Part shown: positions 58,721-64,000 of the stretch, piece after piece | Numbering within the stretch: the first letter of the stretch is position 1 | Layout: the number at the start of each line of letters is the position of its first letter | NCBI RefSeq assembly: GCF_000189555.1 | Contig: NC_017276.1 | Reading direction: 5' to 3' (one strand) | DNA: 64,000 bases | DNA from: Saccharolobus islandicus REY15A | GTDB taxonomy: Archaea > Thermoproteota > Thermoprotei_A > Sulfolobales > Sulfolobaceae | Notes under the pieces: generated by a model | Seen by the model: the letters and a program-made list of their open reading frames with translations, nothing else | Told to the model about the DNA's origin: nothing | Database searches by the model: none | Program-made: the position numbers and the translations under genes

Positions 58721-59311
58721 TTGGCCAATGGTCCTAATTATAAGATAAAACCTAGGAGAAGAAGAGAAGGAAAAACTAACTACTATAAGAGATATGTTTA
58801 TGTCATAAGTAAACAAATAAGGTTTATTATAAGAATAACGAACAAATACGTTATAGTTCAAATTGCAAAAATCGATCCTAAGGGCGATATCATGGTTGCT
58901 AGTGCTCATTCTTCAGAACTTACTAAAAAGTTTGAATGGAAGGGAGATGAAAATAATACTCCCTCCGCATACCTTACTGGATATTTAGCAGCTTTAAGAG
59001 CTGTGAAGAAAGGCGTAACAGAGTGTGTTGCAGATATAGGACTTCATGTACCGTCCAAGGGTAATAAGGTGTTCTATGCAATAAAAGGTGCAATAGATGC
59101 TGGGTTGAAAATTCCGATAGGTAATATAAGTATAGAAAACGATAGAATAAAGGGAGAGCATATAGCCAAGTATGCTGAAAAGTTGAAATCTGAGAATTTA
59201 GATTTATATAATAAACTATTTTCAAGGTATTTGGGAAGGGGACTAAATCCTGAGAACTTACCCTCTCATTTTGAGGAGATATTAAACAAGATTAAATCTT
59301 CTGGTGGTTGA
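58721..59311 (+). CDS. rpl18: 50S ribosomal protein L18
   Basis: [23 protein letters not shown]. Confidence 0.96.
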   Translation: MANGPNYKIKPRRRREGKTNYYKRYVYVISKQIRFIIRITNKYVIVQIAKIDPKGDIMVASAHSSELTKKFEWKGDENNTPSAYLTGYLAALRAVKKGVTECVADIGLHVPSKGNKVFYAIKGAIDAGLKIPIGNISIENDRIKGEHIAKYAEKLKSENLDLYNKLFSRYLGRGLNPENLPSHFEEILNKIKSSGG

Positions 59312-59312
59312 A

Positions 59313-59957
59313 ATGGCAGAGGAAGTACCAAGTATAAATATAGAAGAATGGAAGCCACGAACCTCCATAGGTAATCTCGTAAAGAATGGAAAGATATCAT
59401 CTATAAAGGAACTATTTGATAGGAATCTTCCTATTACTGAACCAGAAATTGTGGATGTTCTGTTACCTAAGCTAAAATATGAAGTTGTAGACATTAAAGT
59501 AGTTCAGAAGCAAACTGATGCAGGAGAGATATCTAGATATAAAGTTCTAGTTATAATGGGCAACATGGATGGATATGTCAGTATAGGAACTGGAAAAGCT
59601 AAACAGTTAAGGGTTGCAATTCAGAAGGCAATTAGGGATGCTAAGATGAATATAATACCAGTAAGAAGAGGCTGTGGTAGTTGGCAGTGTACATGTGGCG
59701 AACCACATAGTCTACCCTTTAAAGTAGTTGGAAAAGCGGGTAGTGTAGAAGTTAATTTGTTGCCTGCACCCAAAGGTACTGGATTAGTAGTTGGTAGCGT
59801 ATTAAAGACCTTGTTAACTTATGCTGGTATTAGGGATGCTTGGTCTACTACAAAAGGTGAGACTAGAACTACAGAGAATTTTGTCAGAGCTGGATATAGT
59901 GCACTTTATAACACTTATAACTTCGTAACTTTACAAGATTGGGCTAGGAAGAGGTAA
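59313..59957 (+). CDS. rps5: 30S ribosomal protein S5
   Basis: WKPRT, QKQTDAG, GCGSW, PAPKGTG. Confidence 0.97.
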   Translation: MAEEVPSINIEEWKPRTSIGNLVKNGKISSIKELFDRNLPITEPEIVDVLLPKLKYEVVDIKVVQKQTDAGEISRYKVLVIMGNMDGYVSIGTGKAKQLRVAIQKAIRDAKMNIIPVRRGCGSWQCTCGEPHSLPFKVVGKAGSVEVNLLPAPKGTGLVVGSVLKTLLTYAGIRDAWSTTKGETRTTENFVRAGYSALYNTYNFVTLQDWARKR

Positions 59958-59963
59958 TCAGAT

Positions 59964-60440
59964 ATGGTGGAGCTACTAGGCATAATTAGAATTAGAGGTT
60001 GGGCAAAGGCTCCTTGGTATATTAATGAGACATTAGAGATGTTGAGATTAAGGTATAATTTCAATACGATGATGTATCCAAAAACATCTCAAATACTGGG
60101 TATGCTAAATAAAGTTTCTCCATATGTCACATGGGGAGAGATAGATCCAGATACTTTAAAGCTACTAATTATAAAGAGACTTGAAACAGCAAAAGGGGAT
60201 AAGGTTTCAGATAGTTATGTTAAAGAAGTGTTAAAGATTGAAAATATTGATACAATGGTAAAACAGCTATATGAAGGCAAGATTTACCTACATAAACTTG
60301 ATCAATATTTTAAGTTGCCTATTCGATTACATCCACCCAAAGGTGGGTTTAAGGGTAGTGTTAAAAGGCCCTATAAAAATAAAGGTGAGTTCGGATATAG
60401 AGGAGATAAGATAAATGAATTAATGAGGAGGATGATGTAA
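59964..60440 (+). CDS. rpl30: 50S ribosomal protein L30
   Basis: IRIRG, LRLR, RLHPP.GG. Confidence 0.96.
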   Translation: MVELLGIIRIRGWAKAPWYINETLEMLRLRYNFNTMMYPKTSQILGMLNKVSPYVTWGEIDPDTLKLLIIKRLETAKGDKVSDSYVKEVLKIENIDTMVKQLYEGKIYLHKLDQYFKLPIRLHPPKGGFKGSVKRPYKNKGEFGYRGDKINELMRRMM

Positions 60441-60441
60441 A

Positions 60442-60876
60442 ATGGTAGTAAGAAGAGAGAAAAAGAGTAGAAAAATGAGAGGATCGCGAACCATGGGATG
60501 GGGTATTAGGGGTCAACATAGGGATAGAGGATCACAGGGTGGTAGACAAATTGGCATGCATAAGGAGAAATGGTCATGGTTAGTTAAATACGGTGAAGGA
60601 TGGTATGGGAAGCATGGATTCAGAAACCCCACTACAAAATTGACAAGTGCTATTTCGTTGAGAAAACTTAATGAGTTATTAGTGAGTGGTTCTATAAAAA
60701 TTAAAGAAATAGATGGAAAAAAGATAGTAGACTTAAATGAGTTAGGGTATGATAAATTACTCGGTGGTGGTATCATAAGTGTTCCCGTTACTATAAAAGT
60801 AGGTAAGGCTACCGATAGAGCGATACAGAAAGTGAAGCAGATAGGAGGAGAAGTAATATTAAGCCCAACTGAGTAA
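60442..60876 (+). CDS. rpl15: 50S ribosomal protein L15
   Basis: RGSRT.G.G, YGKHGF, KLLGGG. Confidence 0.96.
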   Translation: MVVRREKKSRKMRGSRTMGWGIRGQHRDRGSQGGRQIGMHKEKWSWLVKYGEGWYGKHGFRNPTTKLTSAISLRKLNELLVSGSIKIKEIDGKKIVDLNELGYDKLLGGGIISVPVTIKVGKATDRAIQKVKQIGGEVILSPTE

Positions 60877-60892
60877 TTTTTTTGAGTAAATT

Positions 60893-62892
<2,000 letters not shown>

Positions 62893-62896
62893 AATT

Positions 62897-63346
62897 ATGG
62901 AGCTAGGTACGATATATATTTTTTTAATTTCATTTTTATCGAATTTTATAGTTTATCTAATTTATAAGTATTACTTTTATGGCAAAATAAGTAATAAGAT
63001 AAGTCTTGTTGAAAAATATGAGGAGAGGCTAAAGAGTATAGCATCATCTAAAAGAAGAGAGAAAACTTACAAGAAAATTTCCAAAGAGTTAGAGTCCTAT
63101 ATCTCATCAATTAGATATTATATGTTTTTACGATCAATGATATTAGTAGGAGTTTATATAGTTGATCTTGTAATTATATTAAATTATTTAAATACTAATA
63201 TATATCTTCCATTCTATATACCTTATCTTACAGTGAAAAGCAATAATGGTGAGTATTTGATGCTTAACGGATCGCTGTTTGAGTTTATAGCATCTTATAT
63301 CTTATTTACCCCTCTTTCTTTAAGATCAAATTTAAAAACGAGATAG
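62897..63346 (+). CDS. Membrane protein, DUF106/EMC3-like by position
   Basis: TM - coiled coil - TM layout between adk and rpl34e. Confidence 0.6.
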   Translation: MELGTIYIFLISFLSNFIVYLIYKYYFYGKISNKISLVEKYEERLKSIASSKRREKTYKKISKELESYISSIRYYMFLRSMILVGVYIVDLVIILNYLNTNIYLPFYIPYLTVKSNNGEYLMLNGSLFEFIASYILFTPLSLRSNLKTR

Positions 63347-63359
63347 GATAGATTAAGAT

Positions 63360-63617
63360 ATGCCTAGACCAGCTTTACGCTCTAGGTCGCTTAGAAGGAT
63401 TTATGTAAAGTTACCAAGTGGAAAGACTGCAATACATTATGAAAGGAAGAAAAACGATATATCAAAATGTGCGATGTGTAAGAAACCTTTACATGGTGTA
63501 AAAACTAACTTTTTACATAAGTATGGTAAGTCTGAGAAGAGACCAGAGAGACCTTTTGGTGGATATTTATGCTCATCTTGTCTCGCTCAACTGATCAAAG
63601 CAATGGTAAGGCAATAG
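63360..63617 (+). CDS. rpl34e: 50S ribosomal protein L34e
   Basis: [19 protein letters not shown]. Confidence 0.96.
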   Translation: MPRPALRSRSLRRIYVKLPSGKTAIHYERKKNDISKCAMCKKPLHGVKTNFLHKYGKSEKRPERPFGGYLCSSCLAQLIKAMVRQ

Positions 63618-63664
63618 ATTCGATGATATAATTTAATTTTTGATTACAATGAGGAAGGAAATTG

Positions 63665-64000
63665 ATGATAATTATAATAAGTGGACCTCCAGGCAGTGGT
63701 AAAACCTCAGTAGCAATTAAACTCGCAAACGAGTTGTCATATAAATTTATTTCAGCAGGGAAAATTTTTAGAGATATTGCTCAAAAAATGGGATTAGATA
63801 TTATAAATTTGAATAAGGTTGCAGAATCTAATTTTGATATAGACAAGATGGTTGATAAAAAGATTTTTGAATTCATATTGAGTGAGAAAAATCTTATCAT
63901 AGAGTCGCATATTGCTGGCTGGTTATTTAGAGAATACACTAATATCGCGATATATTTATGGGCCCCACTTAAAATCAGAGCAAATAGAATAGCCATTAGG
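63665..64000 (+). CDS. cmk: Cytidylate kinase (3'-truncated by the window)
   Basis: Read by hand: [15 protein letters not shown]...SAG.IFR...ESHIAGW, running off the end. Confidence 0.93.
   Translation, partial: MIIIISGPPGSGKTSVAIKLANELSYKFISAGKIFRDIAQKMGLDIINLNKVAESNFDIDKMVDKKIFEFILSEKNLIIESHIAGWLFREYTNIAIYLWAPLKIRANRIAIR

Overview
Core-genome region of a Saccharolobus/Sulfolobus-type crenarchaeon. It is mostly housekeeping: cdc6-2, RFC, proteasome, aCPSF1, egsA, the RNase P/exosome/prefoldin superoperon, EF-2, leuB, ileS, and the S10-spc ribosomal cluster through secY, adk and cmk. It holds seven tRNA genes, four with introns, and one likely C/D box sRNA. The main accessory feature is a 6.1-kb element integrated in tRNA-Val(TAC) and bounded by 43-bp direct repeats (9049-9091 and 15150-15192). 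It carries an intact pNOB8-type tyrosine integrase, two ribbon-helix-helix-like regulators, and a tightly coupled operon: copG-like, solo Cas4-like nuclease, 128-aa unknown, tandem AbrB-like, and a wHTH-fused two-tyrosine HUH rolling-circle Rep. This replication module differs from the primase-polymerase pRN plasmids typical of Sulfolobales. The element also has a perfect 22-bp palindrome, shared promoter boxes, and CRISPR-repeat-like or hairpin repeat units near its ends. A second, partly decayed 2-kb island of Cys-rich unknown genes lies between two tRNA-Leu genes. Three conserved genes (ileS, rps3, rsmA) have conserved N-terminal sequence upstream of any ATG/GTG/TTG, which points to non-canonical start codons. 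All calls come from reading motifs by eye; no database search was run.
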